NCBI GenBank assembly: GCA_963693365.1
Contig: CAVNZM010000005.1
Coordinates: forward strand, 1,550,001-1,614,000
DNA from: Amoebidium appalachense
Taxonomy: Eukaryota > Protista > Ichthyosporea
Length of the DNA stretch: 64,000 bases
Direction of reading: 5' to 3'
The position numbers were made by a program, and so were the translations under genes. Position 1 is the first letter of the stretch. Every line of letters begins with the position of its first letter. The notes under the pieces were generated by a model. It was not told the DNA's origin. It made no database searches and saw nothing but the letters and a program-made list of their open reading frames with translations. Shown here in pieces: positions 31,943 to 45,941 of this stretch.

Positions 31943-33134
31943 TTTCTCTGCAGCTGGATTTTCGAAACAATTGCGTGTTTTAGTTAGTGTATGCAGCTGG
32001 AAAGAATGTCCGTTTTCTAAATGCACAATGACATGAGCTCACAGATGCAGTCCCTGAGAGCTGGGAGTTTTTTCTCAGTCTGTTCGCAGCATGTACACAA
32101 GAAAAATAAAGTACACAAACTAATCTGACGCTTGTTGTGGTGGTTTCCTATGGGGTGTACAAGGGGTACATATGGTAGTAGCTGATCAACACATCATATC
32201 ACCTAAGATCCCAGAACGCCAATCATCTTCTTGTGTCCTAATGGCTCCCAAGTTAAACCAATAAACAAAAACTCTTTTTGTTTTTCAGAAACTTTTTCTG
32301 AAATCCGATTGGCACACTCGATCTAAATGATCTGCGTTCCCAGACAGGACCACGCGCTTGACAATAACATCTGCATGCTCTGAAATGATCACTATTAGAG
32401 CATTCTAACATACATAAGCAGAACATGCAGTTACATATGTGTTTAGAAAGGGTTGAATAAATTAGTAACATACGCTCAATTTAGAACATGCACGTTAGTG
32501 CCTCGATCAATAATGGCCGAGCTCGCCGAGTCGATCGTGACCGTAGCCGAAGTACTAGTACTATTCGACGCATGTTCATACACTGAGGCGTCTAGGGACA
32601 ACATGATGCTCAATTTTCCAGCAAAAAAAGGTTTACTCCTGCACATAAAACAATGTGCATCCAAATTACATCCTGATATTATTATATATAGCACCATAAA
32701 TGCCCACGGGACTCTGAGCCATCATCCGCCGTGACCCGAGGGGCAAGAGCGACCGCGGATCAGCGGCTGGGCAGGCAGGCCAGTTTGCGCAATCAGTGGC
32801 TCAGTGGTCCGCGTACAAGACTCTCGTGCACTTGTCACAGACAGACGTCGCTTCCAGAGGCTGTGAGGTAGACAGTGGTAGGCTGGCAGCGCATACCCTG
32901 GCAGTGTTTTGGTGGGAGATACGCACAACATAGACAGACGTGTCTTCGACCTAGAGCTAAACCTTCGTCGGGGGTTGGCTCTCCTTTCCCTTTTCCTGGA
33001 TCTCGAGACCTTGCGCCTGTACGCACTTGGAGCGGCTTGGAAGGCATGTTGTAATCTCAAGCTTTGGAAGACTGCGTTCTCCCTATGACTTTCAGAGGGA
33101 AGTAAAGGACTGCATCACCTCTCTGCCCCTTAAA

Positions 33135-33738
33135 ATGGCGAGCGAAGATGGCAAGACACCCCGCTGCGATTATTTCCCATGGTGACTAGCCCTTCTCCCC
33201 CCCCCCTCCCCACTCCCCCCTCCATCCACCCACCCACCCGCCCGCCCGCCCACATATCCGCCCACCCACGCCTTCCCCCGCTCCCCGGCCCCCCACTCTC
33301 CCTGCCCTTTAACATCTCTCTGTGCCCCACTGCAAGTTAAAAGCTCTAAACTATACACACACCCATCCTTGCGCATGCCTCGGCAGACCTTACCCCCCCC
33401 CCCCCCCCCTACCTGCCCCATCCCACCCCACCCCCACCCCACCTTCTCCTCTTGAAATCCACCTTAAACTTCAAGGGCTGGCATGCTTCCCCTCAGCTTG
33501 CACAAACAACAGCCAGTGGGATGGCTTGGTAAACTTTTTAGCTCACGAACCCCTGCTGCTGCTGCCTTACCTTCTCGTTTTCTCGTCTCAACCCCCTCAT
33601 ACTCCATCGTCATATTTTCCCCCGGCTGCTGGTCATCATTTCGGCACCTTGTCCCTTTTTTGGTCACCCCTCTCTCCGTCCCTCCCTCTCTCTCTCTTCT
33701 CTCCCACCCTCCCACCCTCCCACCCTCCCCTCAACTCG

Positions 33739-33769
<31 letters not shown>

Positions 33770-34178
33770 CCCCCCTCTTCGCCCCCCCCTCCCCCTTTCC
33801 CCTCAATCCTCAGCAGCCCTCCCCCCCCCCCCCCCCCCCCCCCCCGCCGCCCTCAAGCCCCCAATTTGCTGCAGCGTGCCTCTCTCCCCACCTCCGATCC
33901 CTCCCCCCCTCCCCCCCCCCCTCCCCCCCCCCCCCTCCCCCCCCCCCTCCCCCTCCGGGCCAGCCTCCCACTCACACACAGCCAACCAACTGACGCATAG
34001 ATGTACGTGCTCACCCCCGACCACACAGACACACAGATCCACAGATCCACACACATCCACACACACACACACACATCCACACACACACACACGCGCGCGC
34101 GCACACACACGCACACGCACACGCACACGCACACGCACACGCACACGCACACTCACACGCACACGCACACGCACACGC

Positions 34179-34219
<41 letters not shown>

Positions 34220-34325
34220 CACGCGCGCATACACACACGCGCGCGCACTCACTCACACGCACACACTCACTCACTCACTCACTCACGCACTCACTTACAG
34301 ACACACTGGCGTGCGCGCACGCACG

Positions 34326-34368
<43 letters not shown>

Positions 34369-34465
34369 TCACTCACTCACTCACACTCACTCACTCACTC
34401 ATTCACTCACTCACTTACTCACTCACTCATTCACTCACTTACAGACACATTGGCGCACGCGCATG

Positions 34466-34529
<64 letters not shown>

Positions 34530-36004
34530 CAAACACACACGCACACACCCTTGTACACACACACTTGTGCACGATGCTCACAAGCACACACCGTCTCAAG
34601 CACAAGGCATATTATTAAGCGTGTTTCAAGCACGACGAACTACGTTCTCCCTCATCCTAGAAGTGGACCAACCCACACACACAGACACATGCGCACACGT
34701 GGGCCCGCACACGCACCGCACACGTACGCGCGGGCAGACACACACACACATGCGCGCGCTCGCGCGCTCACACACACACACTCACACACCCACACATCCG
34801 GGATCTGAGGAAATCTTTTTCTTTCTCGTTCTCTCGCTTCCTGCCTCAACCTCCCTCTCCCCCCCCCCCTTCCCCCCCTCCCTCCCCCCATCCCCGCGCA
34901 CTCTTTTTCTCGCTAACTGCCGTACCTTGGTCCTCATCTCGACTATTCACTCACTGAGTCTACACGTACCCCAAGAATGGTTGTGATTTATTGACAATGT
35001 CAAGTTGGGTCCCTGGTGAGCTTTTTTCTTGCCCTCCTGCAATCCCTTATTCCCCCTCCCCCCCATCCCTCACTCGCAGCCCCACTTTATTCTTGCGGCT
35101 GTCCGTCCTTTTGTGTTTTTATCAGTGGCTGTAAGCACAACCACCCGTATCCCTGTTCATCCACACCTGATGCTCAGGTATGGGCTGAGAGATCAACCCT
35201 CCCCCCCCCCCCCCCCCCCCCGCCCGGCCCTTTCCCCCCCCAACCTCTCATTCACATTTCTCACAATCCACCCCTCTCCCCCGCCTGCCATTATTTAATT
35301 TGACTCTCCCCCCCCCCCCCCCCTTTTTTTTTTAAGGAGCAGTTGTGTGCTTGTGTGTGTGTGTATGTGTCCGTCAACCCGTCCTCCCCCCCTGACGTGT
35401 GTGGTGCAGGGTTGTGCTTGTCAACATCTGCCTGCTGACGTTTGGCAGCTACTGGGTCTACGACACACCGGGGGCCATCCAGACGCAGCTGGAGGACTGG
35501 TTTGGTGGGCCAGAGCACTACACAAAGGCCATGAACCTGAACCTATATTCTGTATACAGGTGCGGAATAATGCAATGGTCGTGGGTAGGGGGTGGAGGAG
35601 AGGGGTGGGTGGGTGGATGTGTGTGTGGAAGGGGAGGGTGAGGGGAAGTGTGTTGGGAGAATGGGAATGGAGGGAGAGATGTGTCCTGTCGCGGGGAGAC
35701 GGGGTTGGGTAGAGAGAGGGAGGGGAGGTTGGGGGGGGCGAAATGGGGATGGAAGGCATGTGTGGGGGAAGGGGACTGGGAAAGGAGGGAAAGGGGGGCT
35801 GTCCGTGGGTGGAATGTATGTGGAAGGCAGAGTGCAATCCAGAAGGAATGAGGGTATGTGCGTAAAGAGATGGGTGTATGGGAAGGGGGATTGGAGGGCT
35901 GGGATGTTCTTAGGGTCAGGGGGAGTAGGGGGTGGGGATGGGTGGGTGATATGTGATATGTTTGGGTGGGAATGAAAGGTGTGTGTGTGTATGTGTGTGT
36001 GTGT

Positions 36005-36039
<35 letters not shown>

Positions 36040-36161
36040 TGGTTTCTTTCTTTCGTTCGTTCTTTTTTTCTGGTGTGTGTGCGGGAGGGGAGGGTGCGGG
36101 AGAGGGAGGGAGGAGTCGAATGTGTGTGGGGGGGACATGCCTGGGGGGTTTGAATGGGTTG

Positions 36162-36192
<31 letters not shown>

Positions 36193-37909
36193 GGGGGGGG
36201 CTAGGAACCAGGAACTTTGAAGGGAGTGGGGGGGGGCAGAGAAGGAAGGAAACCGGGGAGAGGTGGAGAGGCTGTTGGACTAGGGACCAGATTAGGGATG
36301 TCTGGTGGCCTACGTGTGTTTCCGTGTGTGTGCACACGGGGTGCAAATGGGGTGCCTGGAAAATTTGGATGGGAGTGAAATGAGGTTGGGGTTGTGTAGT
36401 CTAACAACAAGAGGCTTCCGGGGCAGGGATGGGTGTTGACAGGGAAGGGAGAAGAAGGGAGCAAAGTTGATAACTGTTGGTTTGAGCGTTCTGAGGAGGA
36501 AGAACGGGCAGCAGAAGAAATTGAGAGATTTACATATGTATATCCCGCAGCTATCCAAACATTGTTCTGAGCTTTCTGGGAGGGTTCATTATCGACCGCT
36601 GGCTGGGCATACGCCTGTCGTGTCTGCTGTTCAGCACACTGATCTTCTGCGGCCAAGTACTGTTTGCATTCGGCATCCAGTTCAAGTCCTACCCTGTGTG
36701 TCTGCTGGGCCGGTTTGTGTTTGGCCTTGGGGGGGAGAACTTGACGGTGTCTCAGGTGGGTGCTGGTTGGACTGGCCGTGTTGGCTACCATGCCCCGTTA
36801 CAATGCATGCACGTGGGCCAGCACCCAAAGTCCCCCTCCCCCTCCCCACCCCCTGCCCCCCCCTCCCCCCCTCTCCCCAAACACACACACATCACACACA
36901 CACAAACAACCCCTCCCCCTTCAATTCTCCTTAGCCACATCTTCCTGCCCCGCTTCCCTCCTGTGACGGGGTCGCTGTTTTTGCAGTTCACACGCACATA
37001 ACACAAGAGTTTGGAGTTGGCAAAAGAAATACTACGAGACAATGGGCAAAGGCAAAGGAGAAAATGTTGAATGAGTCATAGCCCCAGGTCCTTGATATGA
37101 CAAGACCGGATATGGCAAGGCTTTGATATGACAAGACCTGATATGGCAAGGCTTTGATATGACAAGACCTGATATGGCAAGGCTGTGATGTGACAAGACC
37201 TGATATGGCAAGGCTTTGATGTGACAAGACCTGATATGGCAAGGCTTTGATATGGCAAGACCTGATATGGCAAGGCTTTGATATGACAAGACCTGATATG
37301 GCAAGGCTTTGATATGGCAAGGCTGTGATAAGACCGGAAATGGGGGAGGGGAAGGGAGGGGGGAGAAAAGGGGGGAGGGGGGAAAGCTAGTATCCTGGCT
37401 GGACAGTTAAAGTAGCAGCCCTGTGTATGTGTGGGTGCATGTATCCCTTATTCTTTACACGTAATGGGATGTGTACATATATGGGGGTGCACGCACGTGC
37501 ATGTTCGCATCGTCCTGCTGGCATGCATAGGCTCACTCACAGTCATACTTTACCGTGCTTCACTGCAGAATGCCTACACGGTGCGGTGGTTCAGCGGCCC
37601 CCTTCTAGCCCTTTCCTTTGCCATAGTTCTCTGCTGTTCAAGATTAGGAAGCAGCATCAACTTTGGGGTCACCCCCCTCCTCACCCACGGGGGGGTGCCA
37701 CTTTCTATCTGGTTTGGTACGGCCACGTGTCTGCTATCTTTTGCCTCATCGTTGGTATTGACGGGACTCGATTACTACGGCCAAGACCGTGTCAAGGTAT
37801 CCCCCCCCCCTCCCCCCCCCCCCCCCCCCCCCCCTCCCCCCTTCCCCTGCCTCACTTGGTTATGTTGTGTTAATTTGTTGATGCTTCATAGATTGCATAC
37901 ATCTGCCTT

Positions 37910-37940
<31 letters not shown>

Positions 37941-39909
37941 TCTCTCTCCTAACCGCGCAGTACCAATCCCATTTTGTGGAACTGCCATTTCAACCTAGGT
38001 TTGGGAATCATAGGTTCTTCGTATTTACACAATGCTTTAATTGCATTCTGTACACACTCGTTTGCCCGTGGATTTCCATTGTTGATGTTCAACACTGCAC
38101 ACGTCCTACATGCATGCTCTTGTGTGCTATGTGCACATGAGTGCGGCCGTAGCCCGTGCATCCCTGTGCAGGCATGCACGTGTACGGGTGTACCTGTCCC
38201 CATGTGTTTGCTTACGGTCCCATGCACACAGGCAGAGGTAGCAGAGGAGAAGGTGTCTCTGCGTCACGTGACACGGTTCCCCCTGGTGGCGTGGCTTTTG
38301 ATGTTCACCTGCTTCTTCTTCTACATTGCCATTCTCACATTCTACACTGTCGCATGGTACTATCCCCCCTCCCCCCCCTCAACGCTCCCCCCTCCCCCCT
38401 CCGCCCCCGGGCCACACACACGCACACACCACCACCACCATCCACCTTCTAAATTGACGTCCACTCTTTTCCACGACTCTTTCCCCCCCCCCCCCCCCCC
38501 CTTCTCCCCCCCTCCCTCCCCCCCCCTCCCCCCCCCCTCCCCCCCCCCCCCCCCCCCCCCCCCCCGAATGCCCCGAAACACACACCTGCACCCAAACAAG
38601 GTATTTCGTTGATGTACTTTGAAGGAAGGTTAGTGTTTGTGTATGCTCAAGGCAGCATGCTCGAAACACATATGGGGGGATTTTAAGGGGGGAGGGGGGG
38701 GGGGGGGGGGCATGTGTTGTAATCATGTACGAGGTTGAGGGGCACATAGAATTGGGTAGTTGGGTGGGGATGCAGGCGCAGGGTGTGTACTGGCTGACGA
38801 GGACTAGCCACAATGTCTATGCCGGCTTTCATGCCATGGCGGATGAAGTAGCGGGGAGTAGGATCAGGCAGATGGGGAGGAGGTAGGGACTCACCCCTGA
38901 CTGTGTGCATGCAGCGACATCATGCAGAAGACAGGCAGGCACTATGACGCTGACACAGCAGCCCTCTTCCTGGCCGTCCCAAACATGGTCTCCATCTTTG
39001 CTTTTCCGATCGTGGGGTATGCATACATATCCCCTTCTCCCCTCCCCCTTCCCCCCTCCCCCCCTCCCCCCTTTCCCTCCCCTCCTTCTCCCCGGGGGAC
39101 CGGTTTTGCCTGTGCTGAAAATGTTTCTGTTACGTTGTTTTGCGTATGTTGGGGGTGTTTGCATTCATATCGTGTACAGTATATCAATACTCCACCACAA
39201 CCCTCCTTCCCTTTCTTTCAGCCTGCCGGTTCCCTCCATCATCCTATCCCCCTCCGACAGTGGTGTGGTGATTGTGGGGCATTGCACTAGCTGGGCTTGC
39301 TATGCACATGGTATGGCAGACTGACTGGGTGGCATGCAGGTGGCTGGTGGACAAGCACGGCAAGAGTCTCTACTGGATGCTTGCTGCATGTGCCATGGAG
39401 CTGGTGGCCCATGTCATCTTCCTGGGCAATGCAAATGACGTAATTCCCCTCTCCCTGTCACCTGGGCTTACACAAAGCTGCACAAAAGGGCATACACACG
39501 CAAGGCATGCAAATCACCGGTGCCACTATCGCAGCATGTACAAACACACACTATTGCCTGCCCTCGGTGGCCTACCTGGTGTTCTGGTTTGGTGTTTGTG
39601 CACACATCGCCGAAATCTCCCCACGCCATGCTACACTCTATGCACAGGCACCTTCCCGTAGAGGAGAAGAGGGAGGGAGACGGGGAGGAATTTAGGAGGG
39701 AAAGGTAAGTGGAGGGGGACAGGGGACGGGGGAGGGAAAGAGAGAGCGTGCTCTTGGTTTGCGTGAGTGAAGGTAGGCCGCACAGCATTGGACCTGGCTT
39801 TAGGTTGGTGTGACCAACAAATGCAGGGGCAGTAGAAATCAGATGGATTTGTGTGCTTGCCATCTCTGCTGAGTCCCCCCTCCCCTTTCCCCTCCCCCCA
39901 CCCCACCCC

Positions 39910-40001
<92 letters not shown>

Positions 40002-40260
40002 GGTTCCAGGTGCACCCGGCCATTGTGATGGCGTGGCTGGGGCTGACCTACTCGTTTGGGGCCAGTGCGCTGTGGCCCATGATAGCCTTCATCGTGCCCA
40101 CCGCCTATCTGGGCACGGCATACGGCACCATGACAGCCCTGCAGAACACAGGTACATGCCTTGGAGTGGAGGATAGCAGGAGATGGGCATTGTGTTCTGC
40201 ATGGTGCATGCACGAGCGCTGGGAACGCCCACATGCACACTTGATACACGCGCGCACACC

Positions 40261-40302
<42 letters not shown>

Positions 40303-40838
40303 CACACGCGCGCCAGCAGAATCACCCTACGCATACACTTCAACTTCATTATTTCGGATCATATACCTTAACCATATTCAAGTGCCCATTATTCAGTCAT
40401 CAATCCTTCCCCCCCTCCTTCCCCCCATCTCCGCTCTCCCGGCTCCCATGCCCCACCTTTAAACATCTACTGCGAGCTGTGTTGTTTTCTTACGTGGCCA
40501 ATACCTCGTTATACACTCCACACAACATACTTCCACCCATGCAAAGGTGTTCTCCCTCTCATTGGGCCTTTATCAGGCATGGCATTTGCACCGCAGCTGA
40601 TTGGCTACCTGCAAGAGATGGATGGTGTGCGGGGCACTCCCTTGGTCTACACCATGCCCATCCTTGTCTTTGTGGCCTGCGCCTGCTCGGCCGGTGCCCT
40701 GACCCTCGTTCTTCTCTGCTGTATGTGCCCTCCCCCCCCCCCCCCCCCCCCCCTCCCCCCTTCCTCCCGTTTTCCTCCCTCCTCTAGGGGGCCTTTTTTG
40801 CTCTTTTCCCTCAGCACCCTCCTATTTACTGTCCGCGC

Positions 40839-40869
<31 letters not shown>

Positions 40870-41355
40870 CCACCAACACCACCACCACCACACACACACA
40901 CACACACACACCTGTCCGGTGTGTGAGGTGTGAGGATGATAGGTGCTGTACGGTGTGACGTTGTGTGGCGCATGATCAGATATTGTGTATATTCATTTTT
41001 ACATTCAGTTTTGCCTTCCTGCCTTCCTGCCTGCCTGCCTGCCCTCCCTCTCCCCCCCCCCTCCCCCCTCCCCCCACCCCCACCCACCCACCCCTCATCT
41101 CCCCTCCCCTCGTACTTCGCTCCTCGTTCCTCTCCCTTGCTCCTTATTGTCCCCTCTCCAGCCTGGCGCCCCCTATCGTGCCCAACATGCCTTCCAACTG
41201 CATCCCTCCATGTCTGTAGCCGGTTTTTTTCTGGATTATGTTCCTATCCCACGTGCATCCATGGCTGGACACACCACCAAGGCCTCACATGGACAATTCA
41301 TAATAGTGTGTGAGTGCAGGCCTGAGGGGTTGGAGATGGGGAAAAGGGGGAAGGG

Positions 41356-41393
<38 letters not shown>

Positions 41394-41844
41394 GCAGAGG
41401 GCAAGGCAAGTCATAGTTAAGGGGGGAGGGGGGTGCACTAATAATAGTTGAGTGACGGGTGGGTGTTTGTGGATGGCAGTGGATGGCAGCATGGCCGAGG
41501 GGAGACTCAACTCTACAGCTGCAGAGAGGGCCCTCATGGCCCCACCCCGCCTGCCGGGTATGTGTGGTGTAGAGGGTGGAGGTGGTGTGGATTTCTAATT
41601 TAGGTCTTGGCTTTCTCGGACTAGATGACGTGTGTATCTGAATGAAGGCGTATGGTGTGTATGGTAGTTAGCAGAAGCTAGTCCGGGCTGTGGGATTGTT
41701 TATGTGGTGTTTGTGTGGTCTCGGTGGTAGTGTGGTGTCTGTGTAATTGTGTGCTACCTGTGATTAATGTGCTTGCATGCTGCAATTGTGTGGTGTTGGT
41801 GGTGGGGGTTGTGCGTGAGTGGTGGCGGCGCGGTGTGTGTGTGT

Positions 41845-41895
<51 letters not shown>

Positions 41896-41956
41896 CAGTA
41901 TCACGTTGGTGGGTTGAGATGGTGTGACAATAGTCTCAATGCTTGTTCCCTCTTCT

Positions 41957-42001
<45 letters not shown>

Positions 42002-42549
42002 ACAAAGGGTGATGGCTAAGGACGGTCGTTATAGCACCCCCCAAATGGTCATTTCTACTATCTTCCCTTTCCGTGCCTGATGCTCTCTCTCCTTTCTTCC
42101 TCCATTTTGTCTTTTTGCACTTCCTAGCTGGATTGTGTCTGCACATTGTTCCCCACAACTAATGCACTATCCTACCCCTCCTGCCCCTTCCCCTCCTCCC
42201 ACCTCCCCCTTGCTCCAAAAAAAAAAAACCAGGAGGGGCGGAGGAAGAACAAGACATTGACGTTGAAGAGTCCCTGCACCTACCGGCCATGATGGTGGGC
42301 ACCGTGTACTTGCGCAAATCGGCACCCCGATTACGCAGCGATCTGCTCAATCGGTTGGGTGTGCAGGCACCCCTCCTGCCCCCACCCATACCAGAGGGGG
42401 ATGGGACCTCACCCACACCTGTTGATAGTGCCCATGGGATCCAAAGAACAGGCAGTTATGGGGCAAGCTCACCCATGTATGGCTCGGTGCACTCACCGCT
42501 CTATGTTAGGAGTCCCTATACGTATGGGAATGTGGCTGGGGAAGGGTAG
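33135..42549 (+). CDS. MFSD1: Major facilitator superfamily transporter, MFSD1-like (lysosomal type), 11 exons
   Basis: Phase-consistent exons 33135-33181, 35410-35559, 36551-36755, 37569-37796, 38232-38356, 38915-39016, 39340-39439, 40001-40151, 40577-40720, 41480-41557, 42233-42549. Motifs FGSYWVYDTPGAIQ, YSYPNIVLSFLGGFIIDR, GRFVFGLGGENLTVSQNAYTVRWF, LWPMIAFIVP..LGTAYG..ALQN. Confidence 0.92.
37094..37335. repeat. Intronic minisatellite, 31 bp unit, about 7.5 copies
   Basis: Unit gatatggcaaggcttt + gatatgacaagacct (two related 16/15 bp subunits), in MFSD1 intron 3. Confidence 0.95.
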
Positions 42550-42822
42550 GTGCTGTGGTGGTGGAAGGAGCTGAAAAAGGTAGTATGTTTCATGCATGTA
42601 TCGACGTAGTTGGATTTAGGGGTTTGCATTTGTGAAGGAGAAGGTGTGTCTTACTGCATGTGACGGTGGTGTCTGTATGTCTGTGTGTGTGCCTGCATGC
42701 CTGCATGCCGTGGTGTGTACAGCCACCGTGCACGTTTGCACGGGCGCCTGTGCCTGTGAGTGTGTGGGTGGTGGGTGGGTGGGTGGGTGGCGGGGGGTGG
42801 GGGTGGGGGTGGGGGGGAAGGT

Positions 42823-42855
<33 letters not shown>

Positions 42856-44134
42856 ATTTGTTGTGTGAAGAGGTTTTTTGAAGTGAACCATTTGCTCTTG
42901 AACGTGTATGAAAATCGTGAAGTAAGTAGACCTGCAGATTTGATTGACGAAAGTATAAGTTTGGGCATTGCTAATTTGATGTTCTATGAGCCGTGGCCTT
43001 GAGCATTCGATTGTCTGCCTATTAGATGCATGTAAAAGTCTCTGTATATATGGTGTTGCGCGGGGTCTGCAATAGGGAAAAAAGAGATGCGTATGTGCCC
43101 GGGTAACCATTTACTGGGAAATAAAAGCAAGAACTTTTTTATCGAAAAGGAAAAAAAAATAGAAATTGGGAACCCCCCACTCCTGCCGTTTTTCCCACCC
43201 AATCACCCACCTCCACGCTAAACAGACACAATCACACACTTGATCAAGCTCACCAAGCATGCACACCGTGCGGCCACACGCCGCATGCACACCTTAACAC
43301 ACAAATGCGCCCGTGCGCACGCACACGAACACACGCACACACACAACAACAACAACTTCAAGAAAGAATAAGAAGAAGCAGTTTAGATATCACGCCTAAA
43401 TATGCGCGCACTGCCGCACGCGCACACACCCATGCACCCACGCACCCTGTCACACGCACACACACACACCACCAGAACTATGGTCCTTCATGCCGGTGCG
43501 CGGGCTGAGACTTTTTTTGTGTGTGTATGCGGGGAAGGGGGGGGGGGAGGCACATACACTACATTTCTGTGTAACACACCCAGTAACGATTGTGTATGAT
43601 ATACTAAAGGGAGGGGAGGGTGAGAGCAAGAGAGATCGAGATAGAGAGAGAGAGAGAGTGTGTGTGTGTGTGTGTGTAGCCCTGTATGTTCTTGCATACG
43701 CTAAAGACAAGGTGTGTACGGAAAAACTGAGACACCGTTTTTTTTTGGTTTCTTTTTTTTTTCGGGGGGGGGGGGGGGGTCTGGCAAGTAAAACATTCCG
43801 CGCTGCTGCAAATTCGTGCATGACACGTTTACTTCAAAACATGACCCTACATACTCACAATGCCGGTAGATGCCTCACAGATTGCAGTAAAGTAATGCAT
43901 ACACATGTACAACCAGCAGTGTATAACCCGCCGACGGTTAATGTCGCACGTAATGAGTTGAGTGGTGTTCATTACAAACAAAACGGTGACAATCTATGCT
44001 TATATGGCATAACGTAAAACAGAGAAATATGACTAGCATTTTAAATTCCGACTCTGGCACAATGCAACGTGTGGCATGCATCATGCACGTGCACAGCACT
44101 GGTGGTTGCGGCTTATTCAACTATCATCTATTTG

Positions 44135-44297
44135 GTTTGGTATCATATGGGCATGTATGCATCATCACCAGGCATCAAAAAATTCTACGAAGTCAACCCC
44201 CCCCCCCCCCCCCCGTTTGGTATCATATGGGCATTTATGCATCATCACCAGGCATCAAAAAATTCTACGAAGTCAACCCCCCCCCCCCCCCCCCCCC
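44135..44297. repeat. About 80 bp tandem duplication, each copy ending in poly-C
   Basis: gtttggtatcatatgggcat(g/t)tatgcatcatcaccaggcatcaaaaaattctacgaagtcaa + C run, x2. Confidence 0.95.
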
Positions 44298-44386
44298 GCC
44301 ACCAAAAAGAGAAAGAAAAAAAGCAATGTTTTGACTATATTTTTGAAAAATCAATCGAGTAGTGAAGAAAACTTGCTCGTACACAG

Positions 44387-44425
<39 letters not shown>

Positions 44426-44624
44426 CGCACGGTGCACACAACCACATACAAAGACAAGTTTAAAACAGGCTTACACACACATGCACATACAGCACCACCA
44501 CATGCAAAACACATACACACTTTTACACACATGCGCGCGCGCACACACACACACGCACACACGCACATGTACGCACACGCACACACGCACACACACATAC
44601 ACACTTCCTAATCATGGGTAACCT

Positions 44625-44785
44625 TCAGAACTTCGTTTGTATGATCTAACAACTTGATGATGAACAACACAGAAGTAACAGAACTTCGTTTGTATAATCT
44701 AATAAATGAACAACACAGAAGTAACCCGAGTTCAGAACCGCGTTTGTATAATCTATGGTTATGAACAACACAGAAGCAATCGGGC
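44625..44785. repeat. Three-copy tandem repeat (about 50-55 bp) with two conserved blocks and variable linkers
   Basis: cagaacttcgtttgtataatcta - variable - atgaacaacacagaagtaa, x3. Confidence 0.9.
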
Positions 44786-44925
44786 GTTGACATTTAGAAT
44801 ATGAAACGATAAAGACTATAGACTGGCAATGGAATGCCAACACGTATTGCATGCTGCTTAAAAGACCCATGATCCCAACTAAACGGGAACAGACCAAGCC
44901 CGCACACGTGATATTCGACCAATGA

Positions 44926-45724
44926 TCACTCCCCATCACTGCGCAGTGAGTAGTCCCACACCCCCAACCCCCTCAGTCCCCGCCCAGCACGTGGCCGTAG
45001 TCTCGAAACCCACTCCCGCTCCTCCCGTCCACTCACTAAGATCCCCTCCTCACCTCCTCCTACCTCAGTCTTCACGCACACACCAACCTCTGTTTCAACC
45101 TTCACTACCTCCGTCCCAAACCCAACCCCTACACTTTGCATATCACTAAGTCCCTGGTCAAACGAAAACACCTCACTCTTCACATCTACCATATCAGCTT
45201 GCATTTTCTCCTCTACTTTAACATTTTCGCCATCCACACCCACCGTTTCCTCCTTCACCACCACTTCTGTCTTCACCTCCTTTTTCACCCTCACAGACTC
45301 CAATTTCTGCTGCAATGTCTTGAGGCGCTTAGTGGATGTGGGGTACGGAGCACGTGATTGTCCTCGTTCAAAACACGTGGTGTTGAGCGGGAAACGCCGG
45401 GTACAGAGTAGGTCTTTAACCCTTTCGTAGCGGTCTAGGTCACGCCGAGCGAGTTTTGATTGAAGGGCCTCAATTTCTTGGACTAGGAAGGCACGGGGAA
45501 GACGGACACGTTCAAACGGCTCAAGTTTGGTGGAGTCGAGCTTGTCAAACTGCGGGGATGGAGAAAGTAAGAGAGATTGAAAATGATGATTGTTAACAAG
45601 ACAATGCATTGTCAAAGGGGAGAAAAAAGCACGACAAGGCTCCACATTTCAAGCTGATGACGGTGAAAAATGAAAGTTCTATATTTGATGGAATACTATG
45701 GGGGTCCCGAAGAAGGGAGAGGGA

Positions 45725-45781
<57 letters not shown>

Positions 45782-45906
45782 AGAGAGAGAGAAAGAGGGG
45801 ATTAACATGAAAACAATCAATAAGCTTAAGGAACCCATATAATGCCAACGTTGTGTGTAAAAAAAATAAGGGGGGAAAAAAATATAAAAAAAATAAAGGA
45901 GGAGGA

Positions 45907-45941
<35 letters not shown>

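Noticed and set aside
32453-32734. 93 aa + strand ORF upstream of MFSD1
   Set aside because: Short, no motif or splice support, and it lies in a probable promoter region.
37094-37335. CRISPR-like array
   Set aside because: No unique spacers, no cas genes, and a eukaryotic intron; it is a minisatellite.
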